A stretch of 64,000 nucleotides of DNA from Hypanus sabinus (GCF_030144855.1 NW_026779142.1:62001-126000); one strand, 5' to 3'; counted from the first letter of the stretch, positions 48,914 to 62,650 are shown. Program-made: numbers and translations. The notes: generated from the sequence alone by a model not told the origin.

Positions 48914-51900
48914 TAAAACACAAAATGCTGGCAGAACTCAGCAGGCCAGACAGCATCTATGGGAAGAGGTAGTGATGACGTTTCGGGCCAAAACCCTTCC
49001 ATGTTACTTCACTCCTGATAAAGGTTTCGGCCCGAAACGTCGTCACTACCTCCTCCCATAGATGCTGTCTGGCCTACTGAGTTCTGCCAGCATTTTGTGT
49101 TTTTATTTATATAACATATAATCATATAACAATCACAGCACGGAAACAGGCCATCTCGGCCCTCCTAGTCCGTGCCGAACTCTTAACCTCACCTAGTCCC
49201 ACCTACCCGCACTCAGCCCATAACCCTCCACTCCTTTCCTGTCCATATACCTATCCAATTTTACCTTAAATGACACAACCGAACTGGCCTCTACTACTTC
49301 TACAGGAAGCTCATTCCACACAGCTTTCACTCTCTGAGTAAAGAAATACCCTCTCGTGTTTCCCTTAAACTTCTGCCCCCAACTCTCAAATCATGTCCTC
49401 TCGTTTGAATCTCCCCTACTCTCAATGGAAACAGCCTATTCACGTCAACTCTATCTATCACTCTCAAAATTTTAAATACCTCGATCAAATCCCCCCTCAA
49501 CATTCTACGCTCCAATGAATAGAGACCTAACTTGTTCAACCTTTCTCTGTAACGTAAGTGCTGAAACACAGGTAACATCCTAGCAAATCGGCTCTGCACT
49601 CTCTCTAATTTATTGATATTTTTCCTATAATTCGGTGACCAGAACTGTACACGATATTCCAAATTTGGCCTTACCAATGCCTTGTACAATTCTAACATTA
49701 CATCCCAACTTCTGTACTCAATGCTCTGATCTATAAAGGCCAGCGTTCCAAAAGCCTTCTTCACCACCCTACCTACATGAGACTTCACCTTCAGGGAACT
49801 ATGCACTGTTATTCCTAGATCTCTCTGTTCCTCTGCATTCCTCAATGCCCTACCATTTACCCTGTATGTTCTATTTGGATTATTCCTGCCAAAATGTAGA
49901 ACCTCACACTTCTCAGCATTAAGCTCCATCTGCCAAAGTTCAGCCCATTCTTCTAACCGGCATAAATCTCCCTGCAAGCTTTGAAAACCCACCTCATTAT
50001 CCACAACACCTCCTACCTTAGTATCATCGGCATACTTAAGAATACAATTTACCACCCCATCATCCAGATCATTTATGTATATTACGAACAACAGTGGGCC
50101 CAAAACAGATCCCTGAGGCACCCCGTTAGTCACTGGCCTCCATCCCGATAAACAATTATCCACCACTACTCTCTGGCATCTCCCATGTAGCCACTGTTGA
50201 ATCCATTTTATTACTGCAGCATTAATACCTAACGACTGATCCTTCTTAACCAACTTTCCATGTGGAACTTTGTCAAAGGCCTTGCTGAATTCCATATAGA
50301 CTACATCCACTGCCTTACCCTCGTCAACATTCCTCGTAACTTCTTCAAAAAATTCAATAAGGTTTGTCAAACATGAGCTTTCACGCACAAATCCATGCTG
50401 GCTACTACTAATCAGATCCTATCTATCCAGATAATTATAAATACTATCTCTAAGAATACTTTCCATTAATTTACCCATCACTGATGTCAAACTGACAGGT
50501 CTATAATTGCTAGGCTTACTTCTAGAACCCTTTTTAAACAATGGAACCACATGAGCAATACGCCAATCCTCCGGCACAATCCCCATTTCTAATGACATCT
50601 GAAAGATCTCCGTCAGAGCTCCTGCTATCTCTGCAAAAACCTCTCTTAAGGTCCAGGGGAATATCCTGTCAGGACCCGGAGATTTATCCATTTTTAAATT
50701 TCTTAAAATCGCCAGTACTTCCATCTCTTTAATTGTCATAGGTTCCAAAACTTCCTTACTTGTTTCCCACACCTTACACAATTTAATATTCTTCTCCTTA
50801 GTTAATACCGAAGAGAAGAAATCATTCAAAATCTCTCCCATCTCCCTCGGCTCCACACATAGCTGACCACCCTGATTCTCTAAGGGACCAATTTTATCCC
50901 TCACTATCCTCCTGCTTTTAATATAACTGTAGAAACCTTTCGGATTTACTTTCACCTTATTTGCCAAACCAACCTCGTATCTTCTTTTAGCTTTTCTAAA
51001 CTCTTTCTTAAGATTCCTTTTACATTCTTTATACTCCTCGAGCAATTCCTTTTCTCCATGCTGCCTATATCTATTGTAGTCATCCCTCTTTTTCCGAACC
51101 AAGTTTCTAATATCCCTTGAAAACCGTGGTGCTTTCAAACCTTTAACCTTTCCTTTCAACCTAACAGGAACATAAAGATTCTGCGCCCTCAAAATTTCAC
51201 CCTTAAATGACCTCCATTTCTCTATTACATCCTTCCCATAAAACAACTTGACTCAATCCACTCTCTCTAAATCCCTTCACATCACCTCAAAGTTAGCCTT
51301 TCTCCAATCAAAAATCTCAAATCTAGGTCCAGTCCTGTCCTTCCCCATAATTATATTGAAGCTATTGCTAATTGTGATCACTGGACCCGAAGTGCTGCCC
51401 AACACATACATCTGTCAGCTGACCTATCGCATTCCCTAACAAGAGATCCAACACTGCCCCATCTCTAGTCGGTACTTCTATGTATTGTTGCAAAAAACTA
51501 TCCTGCACACATTTCACAAACTCTAAACCATCCAGCCCCTTTACAGAATGAGCTTCCCAATCTACGTGTGGAAAATTAAAATCTCCCACAATCACCACCT
51601 TGTGTTTACTACAAATATCTGGTATCTCCTTACACATTTGCTCTTCCACCTCCCGCTCCACATTAGGTGGCCTATAAAACACTCCTATCAGCGTTACTAC
51701 ACCTTTCCCATTCCTCAATTCCACCCAAATAGCCTCCCTAGAGGAGCTCTCTAATCTATCCTTACAAAGCACCGCCATAAGATTTTCTCGGGCAAGCAAT
51801 GCAACACCTCCTCCTCTGGCCCCTCCTACTCTATCACACCTGAAGCAACTAAATCCAGGAATATTTAGTTGCCAATCACACCCTTCCTGCAACCATTTTT

Positions 51901-51996
51901 CACTAATAACTGCAACATCGTAATTCCAGGTATCAATCCACGAATTCCAGGTATCAATCAATTATTTCCAGCATCTGCAGATTCACTCGTGTGCCT
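48914..51996. mobile_element. Short Penelope-associated fold-back element with 12-bp target-site duplication, interrupted by a CR1
   Basis: Inverted arms of about 84 bp at 48915-48998 and 49021-49104. The element resumes at about 51962 (tttccagcatctgcag). ttgcataatgtt flanks it at 48902-48913 and 51997-52008. Confidence 0.8.
49111..51960 (-). mobile_element. Relatively young CR1 (HER1-like) LINE, 5'-truncated in the APE domain
   Basis: ORFs 51368-51961 (GGGVAL, GDFNFP, LDL, SDH), 50419-51246 and 49327-50388 (KAFDKVPH, GVPQGSVLGPLLF, YADD). Few disruptions; short-repeat 3' tail near 49111-49130. Confidence 0.96.
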
Positions 51997-54900
51997 TTGC
52001 ATAATGTTGTTCATTTTGATAGCTCGTCAGGTTTTCTGACAGGTAAGGCCACGGAAAAACATTTTTTAACAAAATAAAAACAGAAAGAATTTGATCTCTA
52101 AAACACCTATTAAAATTCCATTCACTAAATGTTAGAAATTGACTTAAGTATTAATATTCACTATAAATCTTTTGCTTTATTCTTTAATGTTTTCCTTGGC
52201 CAGTAAATATAAATTTTGTGAAGCCCTACCAGCTGAGAAAAAGTCAGACTATTATGAATCAGATTTTTGCAATGAGGAGTAACAGATATTATCTTTGTCC
52301 TGGTAGAACCTAAAACTCATACATGGGGAAAATAAAAACACTACTTCATGAGGGAAATACAGTATTTAAGGTTTATATAGTGGAAATCAAGAGAGTAGTG
52401 AATCAAGCATTTAAAGTTGAGTCTGCTGTACAGTTCCTAGTAACATGTTCATTTGTGCATTAAATAATTATTCTTAAATCCTGTCAAAAACATGAATTTT
52501 GGTCTTCATTAGTGACCTTATGAGATATCTGTGCAAAATGTCAGGCAGAAAGTTGTTCGTGAGAGATCATATGCTTACAACCCAACTTGAAAAATTTCCT
52601 TTTGATCAATTTAAGTAGAGAAAAATAGCCAAATTCTAACAGGTGTGAATTTACCTGTTGTATTGTCCTTTCATTGTAATACTGTAATGATACTTAAAGG
52701 CCAGGCAGTTGACTCCTTACTGAATCCATTGCAGATCTTTTCTTATTTCGTTGAATCATTGGAAGCTAACATAAATGATATCTGTCCTTGTGTTAATTTT
52801 GTAAATTGTCATCTAATGCCTAGGTGTCAGCATCCCACAAACACTTTCTAAGCAATTGTCACATAAATTTCAAAATGGCCATTTACTTTTCTCCTGAAAA
52901 ACACCCATCCGAAGGCTGAAAATATAGGCCATATGGGTGCTGTGACAGCTACCTCAAATTTTCGGTGGCCCAGGTTGTACCCTGAAGTCCAGTGCTGTCT
53001 GGCGTTTGCATGATTTACAACTGCTTGGCGATTAGCCCGGAATCCATAGCGCATTGAGCCTCTTGGATGACTCGATGACAATCGTTGGGTTTCTTAGTCA
53101 CAATTCAAGTTCGAGGAATAAAGCTGTTGAAATAGCAAATTGCTGTCCTTTACAAACTGTCGGATACCAGTTTCCAGTAGAAAACACCAAAGCATGAGCT
53201 ATATAACTTAACAATTAGTTACATCAGGTGTTGAGCTAACCAGTACTCACAAAAGAAATAGCTTGAGGTTCCTTTTCAGAAAATAAACAAAAGATACTTA
53301 TTTTGAAGGTTCAGTTTTTATGTTGGAGATCAGATACCTATTCACAAAGGAAAAGGAATCTCGTATGCAAATTGCTATTTCGTTTACCTCTGTTGCAGAG
53401 TTCTGGAAATGATGTGTATTAACTTTTTCAATAGCCGTTACTAGATAGTATGCAGGATCCAGGGATGGGATAAACTAACTTGAGTGCAAAGAAGGATTCT
53501 GTGAACAAATAAATGATTATGAGCTTCATCTCCATTGAAAAGGCTGAAGTAAATGCAGAACAACCTATATGTAGGTCGTTGAGCCAAAATGTTGCATTGA
53601 GACCTAAGTTGCTTTTGGCCTGGAAATTGACCATGCATTCAGAGTAGTTTTCTACTTTCATCCACCCATTAAAGCAAATAGATTCAGTAAATAAACACAA
53701 GTAGAGCTGATATAGATCAGCAACTATAATTTATTTTTAATATATAATCAATACAATTATGAGAAGTGTACCCCTTCTTGTTTGAAGATCGTTCTGGATT
53801 ATATGGTCTGTGGTTACTTCTGGTTGACTGGGGTTGTACACTGGAGACTTCATTTACATTTGACCATTTCTCTACATTTGTATGAATGATCATTAGAGTA
53901 GTCTGTGAGCAATGGACCAATAACAAGGTGTTGGCTTAGTTTTTTTCTATCTACTTTAGTTCATTGGGGTTGAGTTTGTGTGACTGAAGGACAATCATGA
54001 CTGCTAAAAATCAGCCATGACCAAATGGCAGAGCACACTCGATGGGCTGAATGGCCTAATTCTGCCCCTAAGTCTTATGGTTTTATGGTTCATTTTGCTT
54101 CATTTTTCACATGGTCCTTTGGTAAAGGGATAATTTCCAAAGAAATAGATTTTCAACGCCATGAACTCCCGACAGTCTTGGAAGACAGGATTACTGCCAG
54201 GAAAAATAAATTCCCATTTAGCGTTTTCATTTGGAGAAATGCCATCTCTAAATTTTCAATAATGTAGTGTTATTTTAGTAAATGATGCATATTTTCAAAT
54301 AATATGTGTGGGTATAATAAGTAAATAAGACTTAACTATTCAATTTTCTTTCCACACTGTTTTAACATTAAGGCAATTATCTCAGAGGAATTTGCTGTTG
54401 ATCACATAAATTAAAATGTTCAGTTTTATAGGCCAAGCATTACTTTAGTCTTTGAACTTTGTGAACTCACAAGTTGAGCCTGAGCAAGACTCCTTTTAGT
54501 TCTCCTCCATACCTCTGATCTTCCCTGGGAGTAGTGTAGGTAATAAAAGAATGAAATTTGATATGCTCTTCTATTTACTTTGGGTACAGTTTATTGAATC
54601 AGTTCACTTGTAGCATTTGACCACATCATTTTCTTTCCTCTTTTGCCTCTTGGTAAGAATTATACAAAATGTTGAATGAGTTTGCTTCATTTGTTTTCTT
54701 AACCCTATGAAATGCAATGTTCTGTACTTGAATTTGTGTACATTTTAAACATTTAATCAGCTTGTCTTAATAAAACATTCCATTTATTTATTTAACAAAA
54801 TTATGTGTGGGTTTTAACCCTGGCTCTACAGATGGCACTAGCCCATCTATCAAGATGTCTTTAGTCTATTTATATTGAAAGAGGAACTGACTTTTTTTTC

Positions 54901-55134
54901 TTAAAATAAATGATATCAAAGGTTCTTTTTGTCTTCTGAATGTGAAACATTACAATTGTGATCAATAGGGTTCTGCAAAAGAGTGGAGTGGTCTAACACA
55001 TGTCGTAAAATTACATCATTTCTTTCCTAGTAAATGATGAGTCTTTGGCTCCTCACCCGACTTCCAAGTGGCTCTCTTCTTAGCCCTCTCACGGAGGCAC
55101 TGATGTTTTCTGAGGACAGCCATCCAATATGCTT

Positions 55135-55335
55135 CAGACCAGTTTTCTTCTGTGAGCCATGCCAATGAAAATTGGCAGCTTATTCATTCATGAAGTCTGA
55201 CCCAATTTATCCTTATCCTGTCGTGTGTATACACAAACCTTGCAGCTGATGCTGCTGGATGACAGTCAGGAGCAGAAAGCCCAGCTAATATTTCTCTCTT
55301 CACCCTCAGGACAATGGAAGGCTATTGGCTCTGAT
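55135..55335 (-). mobile_element. Ancient Deu-domain SINE relic (SacSINE1/AmnSINE1-like)
   Basis: tgtgagcc...ttggcagcttattca...ctggatgacagtcaggagcagaaagcccagctaatatt...ggctattgg resembles, from memory, the reverse complement of the Deu core. Highly diverged. Confidence 0.5.
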
Positions 55336-57849
55336 CAATTACCATCCCTTTAAAATCTATATAACGTCAAAATTGAACAGTTAATGAGCCAGAAGCTCCT
55401 CAGAATGCCTTTCTAAACTGCAATGAAAGTGTTATATTAGACATTACCACAGAGTAGGCTAGTAAAATGGTTATATGATGCACTCCGTTGTGTAAGCTGG
55501 AAATAGCATGGCTTGCATTGAGCTAACCTGATTACAATGGGAAGAACAGAAATCTTCAGTCCCATTATAAACAGTAAACACAAACTTTGTCACTTGTTAT
55601 TGCATAGCCAAACATTCAAAAAAATTTACTGGATGAAACTTTGAATGCAATTTGCTATGTATATCTAGAATAATGTAAATTTGCTGCATTCTAACTGGTT
55701 CCTAACTGAAATAATGTAGGTCGATAAGAAAAACTGGTCAGGTGTGTTCACACTGGGGAGCAATATGGCATTACAGATTACTGTCAGTCCTCTTGTTCAA
55801 TATAACAATATCTTAACTTCCCTGCCAATAAAGGATTAGAAAGCAGAACATATCCACAAATGATTAAATCGGAGATGTGGCACTAATATTAAACTCCTAT
55901 AAATATAGTTATCCTTCGATCATCAAAATTAATTGAGTTCTCAACAGAAAACTAGAGATCTTGCTATTTTGATACATCTGAACTTTTTTTTTATGAATGT
56001 AAGAAGTGCAATCTAAACCAGGGTTTATGTTTAGAATGCTTCAGCATTCCATATTGAAGAAAATCTTTGCCTTGCAAAGATCTTACCTTTGACAGGTAAA
56101 TTTAATCTATTTTTTCTGTAATTTATTTTGGAGCATTGTCCGTAGAAATGTGTTATTTGCTAACATTGGTGTGAATTGAGTCCTAGAGTATTCAAGCCCA
56201 TACCTCAGTTTTGTAATAAGTCAGTAATGAACAATGTTGATGCTCAGGTATCTTGTTTTCCGATCTGTGAGGAGCAACAATTTGACCCACATGGTACAAG
56301 TCTAATAGTGATTCAGGAACAGTAAAGTCTGAGGATGTATGTACAGCAATAATTGAAGATGACTGGACATTTTAAGAAAGCTCTTTAGAGAATGGTAATC
56401 AAGATCCTTGGTTTTATCAGTAGAATAAAAGTAATAAAGAATGTGCTAATTTTATAAGCAGGTTTTAGTCTAACCAGTGAGGAAAAAAGCAGCCTTGATT
56501 CTAGTGTCTATTTTAGTCTAACAATATAAATTCCTGAAATAGTTTTGAAAAATGTTCTCTCAGATTTTAAGAGCAATTTCTTTAAATTTTGTGAAGTAAT
56601 ACTTATTCATTTAAGATCACCCTAAGTTTTATTAAGATTGTTAAAGTTAATAAAATGAGATAAATGTTGACAAACAGTTAGAAAAATGTTACCAAATGGC
56701 TTCATACTGCTGCCAGTGCAGTTCTTGGCCTTGAATAAATTCACTTCTCTTTAATGTTCTATAAATATTTTCAACTCTGGCTGTGCTGTGCCTGAGAATG
56801 CTATTTTTAACATTACCCACGCCCTGGTCCCCAAACTATTTGTATATCAGCTATTCATGATTAAATTTAATAACTTTTCAATGGATTGGATAGAAATCGT
56901 ACGTACAAATGATACTTACGAGATTGGCATACTCATAAATTTTTGATTCAAAACGATCTGTAAGTACCCTCAATAAAACTATCTTTTACGTTGTTAAATG
57001 ATACTCAATTTTCTTAATAGTGTAAAACATACTCTATACTATCTATTGTGAATAAACTAATGCTGTATTTTATTTTCAAATCAGGACGCAATAGACTAAC
57101 AGTTAAAAGCTAACAACGTCGTTTAAAATACACCAACTATACTTCTGGAAGAGCTAGAAATTAACTATTACGGTCAAGGCAGAATGGCAAAGATTAGAGA
57201 GGGAAAACGAATGAAAACATAAAGCAGAAGCCGAGCGAGAGAGGATACAACAGGAAGTCCTGGAATACCGGCAAAGAGCTGACGCCGAGCGAGAGGGGTC
57301 AGGAGGAGAACACAAAAGGATCCAAAAGGAGCGGAAAGCTTCAGAGAAAGAGTTACTGAGTTACAGGGTCAGAGAGGTACGGGCTTGATGCAGATCAACC
57401 AGTTTCAGTTAAAGTGCGAGAAATTAGATAAAGAGAAAAAAAAAACTAATCTGGAGGTCAGTGATGCGCCCCCAGCTGACGTCATCGTTCTGTTCACTTT
57501 ATGTTGACGTGGTGGGTCACTTTGAAGGAGGAAGGCCTGCCAGTGATTTCACTCATGTTCCAGAAATGCAATAAAATTAATTGTTCATCCTAACGCTCGA
57601 TGGTGAAAGTTTGCTTTCTTTCATGAAATACCCGTATCTATAGAATATTGTTTGCGTGAAGTCGTGGTAACCGGTGCAGTTATGGAAACTGTCAATGTGA
57701 TCAATTGCAGATGAACGGAATTCCCTGGCTGACGTCATTAAGATTAAAGCAAAGGGTTTTAAAACATCGATGAGACATAAAGTATCCCACGGAGTTTGAT
57801 AGGGACGTGGACAAAATAGTCCCGGTTGTGTGAGTATCTGAAACCAGGC

Positions 57850-58170
57850 ACCGTCTGGAGCCCAGAACCAGAGGCCACAGTTTAAGAATAAGGGGTAGGC
57901 CATTTAGAACAGAGTTGAGGAAAAACTTTTTCACCCAGAGCGTGGTGGATCTGTGGAATGCTCTGCCTCAGAAGGCAGTGGAGGCCAGTTCTATGGATGC
58001 TTTCAAGAAAGAGTTAGATAGAGCTCTTAAAAATAGCGGAGTCAAGGAATATGGGGAGAAAGCAGGAACGGGGTAATGATTGTGGATGATCAGCCATGAT
58101 CACATTGAATGGCGGTGCGGGCTCGAAGGGCCGAACGGCCTACTCTTGCACCTATTGTCTATTGTCTGTA
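57850..58170 (+). mobile_element. CR1 3' end
   Basis: RTRGHSLRIRGRPFRTELRKNFFTQSVVDLWNALP, then 3' UTR with gaagggccgaacggcctactc and a (ctattgt)2 tail. Confidence 0.88.
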
Positions 58171-59344
58171 AAACTGCACTGTCTGGCACCGACACACATT
58201 CCACTCTCAAAATCACTGAGATCACATTTCATCTCCATAGTGATGCTTGTTTGGAGACAGAACGCACCCTGTTTTAAGGAACAGGACATGGAGAGACCCA
58301 CTGATAACGCTGTGGGTTTATTTAATGATTATCACCAGGAGCTGACTGAACATTAACCAGGGTGTGTTCATTACTTACAGAACCCGTAACACAGCCTTAC
58401 CGGGACAAGGTGGTAACAGAATCTGGAGCCGCGCTACAGGGTCAGAAGCTTTTTTTTTACTGAAATACAAACATCACAAAGGCAGTTAGCCCCTTAAATG
58501 AGAATGAGAACTTATTCAATTGTTCAGCAATTGAACTGTAGCGAAACGCTTTTGAAAGGATTAATAATTCCCTTCAGCTAATTGAATACATCGACTTCCT
58601 GTGCATGTCCCGCGGGAAACCGGTGTAGTTGGAGGTGTTATCGGAAACGCCGCTCTTTCAACCCAGCTCCGAATCATCTCCGAAGGATCGGGAGGTGCGA
58701 GCTTCCCGCATCTCGGAACTGTCCCCGGGCTACCGCTTGCAACAGCGGGAAGCCGATCCGTCCACACTCGGGACTTTACCGATCCCCGACCGAGGGAACT
58801 GAGGATTTGCTTTGTTCATTCCATCGCAGGTGGGATCGACACTTTCTGTCTACATCTTTACGACATTTCGGTCGGTAGCTACTGGGAGAGAGCGAAATTA
58901 TAAGAACTACTCACACTGCAGTTTATGGGGGGGGGAGCGGGGAGGTGTGTAAAGATGTGATGGTTCCATTATAGAATCGGTTGCTGAGACTGGTTGTGGA
59001 TCACCGTCTGCGGTGTTGATTCCCTTCCGTCAGAAGTGTGTGGGTAGGTGGGAGATCAAAAGAAGGTTTAACAGAGAGACATCAGCACCGTGTGAGTTGT
59101 CCTGTGAGGAAAAGTCTGTGGTCTTGGCTTTTTTTTCCAGTGACTGAGAAGAATTTGATATGACCTAAGTTTACAAGGTGGTGTACACAGTGCTGTTCTT
59201 TTTTAAAAATATAACAATGTGATTGATTATATCCGTAGTTGTTTGGTGAAATGAGTGGGATATTTGATGAGAAATAAAGTATCCTGCCGCAGGGACGTCG
59301 ACGAAATAGTTTCTGTTCTGGGTGGAACTGACAGCAGTTAAAGA

Positions 59345-59380
<36 letters not shown>

Positions 59381-59519
59381 AAGGTGGGGGGTTATATTTA
59401 AATTCACCTTAAATTCAACCCCTCGTTAAATTCCTCCATATTTTCCTCACCATCATCAAGTTTTCTCTCATTGGTTCCTTCACCCTATAATTCTTTATCT
59501 TCCTCATCGGGGCAAAGTT

Positions 59520-59885
59520 TCCACCCCCATTGCAATCTAGTTTGAACCCTCCCGAACCATGCTAGCAAACCAACCTGCAAGAATATTGCTCCCCCTCGAG
59601 TTCCGGTGCAACCCATCCGATCTGTACAGGTCCAGCCTCCCCCAGAAGAGATCCCAATGATCCAAAAATCAAAAACCCTGCCTCCTGCACCAACTACTCA
59701 GCCACGCCTTCAACTGCCATCTGCCCCAGTTCTTACCATCACTATCACGTAGCACTGGCCGCAATCCTAAGAACGCCACCCCTGAGGTCCTGTTCTTCGG
59801 CCTTCTGCCTAGTTCCCGAAACTCACACTTCAGGACATCATCCCTCTTCCTGCCTATGTCGTTGGCCCCAACATGTATCATGACC
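59520..59885 (-). mobile_element. CR1 ORF1 esterase fragment
   Basis: IHVGANDIGRKRDDVLKCEFRELGRR...WLSSWCRRQGF. Confidence 0.82.
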
Positions 59886-60027
59886 TGACAGACAGACAGA
59901 CAGACAGACTTTATTGATCCCGAGGGAAATTGGGTTTTGTTACAATCGGACTAACCGAGAACAGTGTAGAAATATAGCAATATAAAACCATAAATAATTA
60001 AATAATAATAGTGATTATGTCTAGTGG

Positions 60028-62650
60028 TGTTACGAACCCCGTAATTGAGTATCTTACCAGCAAAGATAGAACTATCCGTTGGAGTCTGGTACTATTTTCA
60101 AAACAGTGTGTATTAGTAAAATAGACAAATCAATATCAACAATGCAAATATACAGATAATACACGTTAGCAATACTAAACTTAAAAGTGTGGTTATAATA
60201 ATAATGAATAATAAACAAGCTCTATCGATGTCTAGGGGATAATGAATTGTCATATGTGAATATAAAGTTCAGTTCAGTTCATACAGGCTGAAGTAGTTGT
60301 TGGTCGATGTGTTGTAATTGTTGGAGAGAGAGAGAGCACTGAGTGACAGCCAGTCAAACCTTCCTTTACATTCTTGATCCGTCGATGTGTTGTTGCGGCC
60401 ATTCAGGTATGACCCCTCTCGCCATTAGCTAGATCGTTCTTCTATGGTGGACTCGTCACCCAGGCAAGGGTGGACACACACACACACACACAAGCCCTCA
60501 CCGGCCTTACTATAAACGCTGTGAGTTAAAAATGACCGATCCTTCGTTCGGTCTCCGATGCCCCACACCTTCTCGTGGGTTCCAACACTTAAGCCGTGCT
60601 CCCTGGTGTGTCTCCTGGTGCTTCTCCTGGTGTGACTGAGGAGTGCCTCCCCAGACCTCACTTTTATCCCTACTCACGGGGTCTCAGGTGTCTATCAGTT
60701 TTGAATGGCTTAGTCCATCAAACCAGCCCACTCCGGCTGTCCACTGAGGAATTTTAATGAACAGAATGCTACCAAGCAAACTGCCCTCTCCGGAGCCATA
60801 AATCTTACAGGAGTCATAATATGGTGGAACAACAAGTCTCTTTCTCCAAGTTTTATCTCTCCCTTATCTGAAGCAAATGTTCCAGTCCCAGTATGTTTTT
60901 TTTCCATCTCCTTCTCTCTCATTAGTGGCATGGGAACAGTAATGGTTTGTAACTCTCCCAGGGGAGGGGACATGGGCAACCCTACACCCTTCTGCCCATC
61001 AGAGCTGTTCATCATCGTAACACCCCCACGCTTCTAGGACTTTTCACGAAAGGGGAAAATTAACTAATACAGCGTCTTATAGAATTAGAGAATCTAACAA
61101 AATACAGGAGTGTTCTGAACTACAAAGATAATACAGGTATATATTCAACTTAGCATCTAGACAAACAGTCAGCAATTACATTATCACTCCCTTTAATATG
61201 TTGTATCTTAATATCTTAATAAGTTCCTGTGGCATCAGACTCCAATTTAATATATTAGCCAAAAATACCAAAGGTTGTGATCTTAGCTTGTGTATGTTAC
61301 AAAATGTGAAACAATACATGTGTAATTATACTGTGTTACATTACAGAAGTTTGTGCAAATACTAGTCTCTATTTTACTTTAAAATTTAACATTCAATCTT
61401 CCATGGTGTTGTCTTTATTATTTACATGCTTTGTCGAATTCCAACAAAACCAGAACCTGTTATTCAAAGTGGCATTTGATCAACCTTTACCCCTTTTCCA
61501 CTTAACTCTCACGTGGTGAGCTTGCTCACCAGTGTGGAATAGGCTTTCTCATACTCCTTTCATGCGAGTTATCTTATCACCAATGTTTTCCAAACTTAGC
61601 CCATTTTCTGAACTTACTCACAATTCTTCATTTTTGAGTAAGTCTTTAATTTCATCTATTAGTTTGCAGTTTAAAATCTGCAAGTGATCCATCTTTCTCA
61701 ACCACCTTTCTCGGCATTCTGCGAGTGATTGCGCATGCGGGATAGATATTAGAAACTAGGGGCGGGTCCTCAGCACTCACAGGCTTGCTTGTCAGTTTCA
61801 CTCCAAACACACGTCACCACCTGCTAAATCATTACCCTGCAAGCCCCTCCCACCCATGTCGCCTCCCAAATGCCTCTTAGCTATTGTAATTCTTCAACTT
61901 CTTTGGCAGTTCACCCCAGAGGCATGCACCCATCGGTGCAAATAAATGGCCTCTTAGTACTCCTTGGAATATCTTACTTCTCTCTGATCCCTGCAGGTCC
62001 AGACTCCGAATCCCATCGGAAAGAATACAACAGTCTACGGTATCCCGAGAATTCATCTGTCACTCCGGATTAGCTTGCGTTCGAATGGAATATCCTCGAG
62101 AATCTCTTCTTCCCTGTCTCCAGGTTGACATGTGTCTACGCTGTTGTAACTGTACCACTTCTTCTGGCAGCTCATTCCAGAATCAGGTGTAAAGAAATCC
62201 TCCATTATTTCTCCTTGCAATATCCTCCCTCTTCGTTTGTATCTGTGCCCTCTCGAATTAGAATCCAAACCCGTCCCGGAGATTACAGCTGTCTGCCATA
62301 TCCTGCGCATTCATGGGTCATTCCGTATCCGCCTATATTCGAATATAATAAATACTTCTCTTGGCCAACCTTTCCCTGTAATTGATGCTTTTATTCTCGG
62401 CAATATCCTGGAAAATCTCTTCTTCTCTGTCTCCAGGTTGACAATGCCTTCTCAATAACATGGTAGCCACACTTGCTGACAATTCTCCAGTTGTATTCTC
62501 ACTGAGCCATAATGTCCCGTCTCCTAGAAATCCAGCGTGCTAAACTTCCTCCTCACCACCCTGCCGGAATGTGCGCCCGAACTCTGCAAAGAATCTCCTA
62601 TCCGTCCGTGCCAATGTCCAAAATACATCACCTCATGTTAGTATATTTTG
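60028..62650 (-). mobile_element. LTR element related to the 41008-47036 family: 3' LTR (60028-61022) plus strongly reduced internal region
   Basis: The LTR is the reverse complement of the same family, with a PPT at 61023 onward. Internal relics are KIQHIKGSDNVIADCLSRC* (near 61150-61210) and GNDLAGGDV..VKLTSKPV (near 61780-61837). The far end is uncertain. Confidence 0.8.

Noticed and set aside
49327-51961. Long RT and endonuclease ORFs as a host gene or active element
   Set aside because: A 5'-truncated CR1 copy split by stops and frameshifts; an ordinary dead-on-arrival insertion.
55034-55113. ATGATGA...CTGA spaced like a C/D-box snoRNA
   Set aside because: No convincing terminal stem, no rRNA guide of 10 nt or more next to a D box, and no host gene identified.
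58561-58903. CpG-rich stretch with overlapping 70-100-aa ORFs
   Set aside because: No recognisable domain or splice architecture in any frame.
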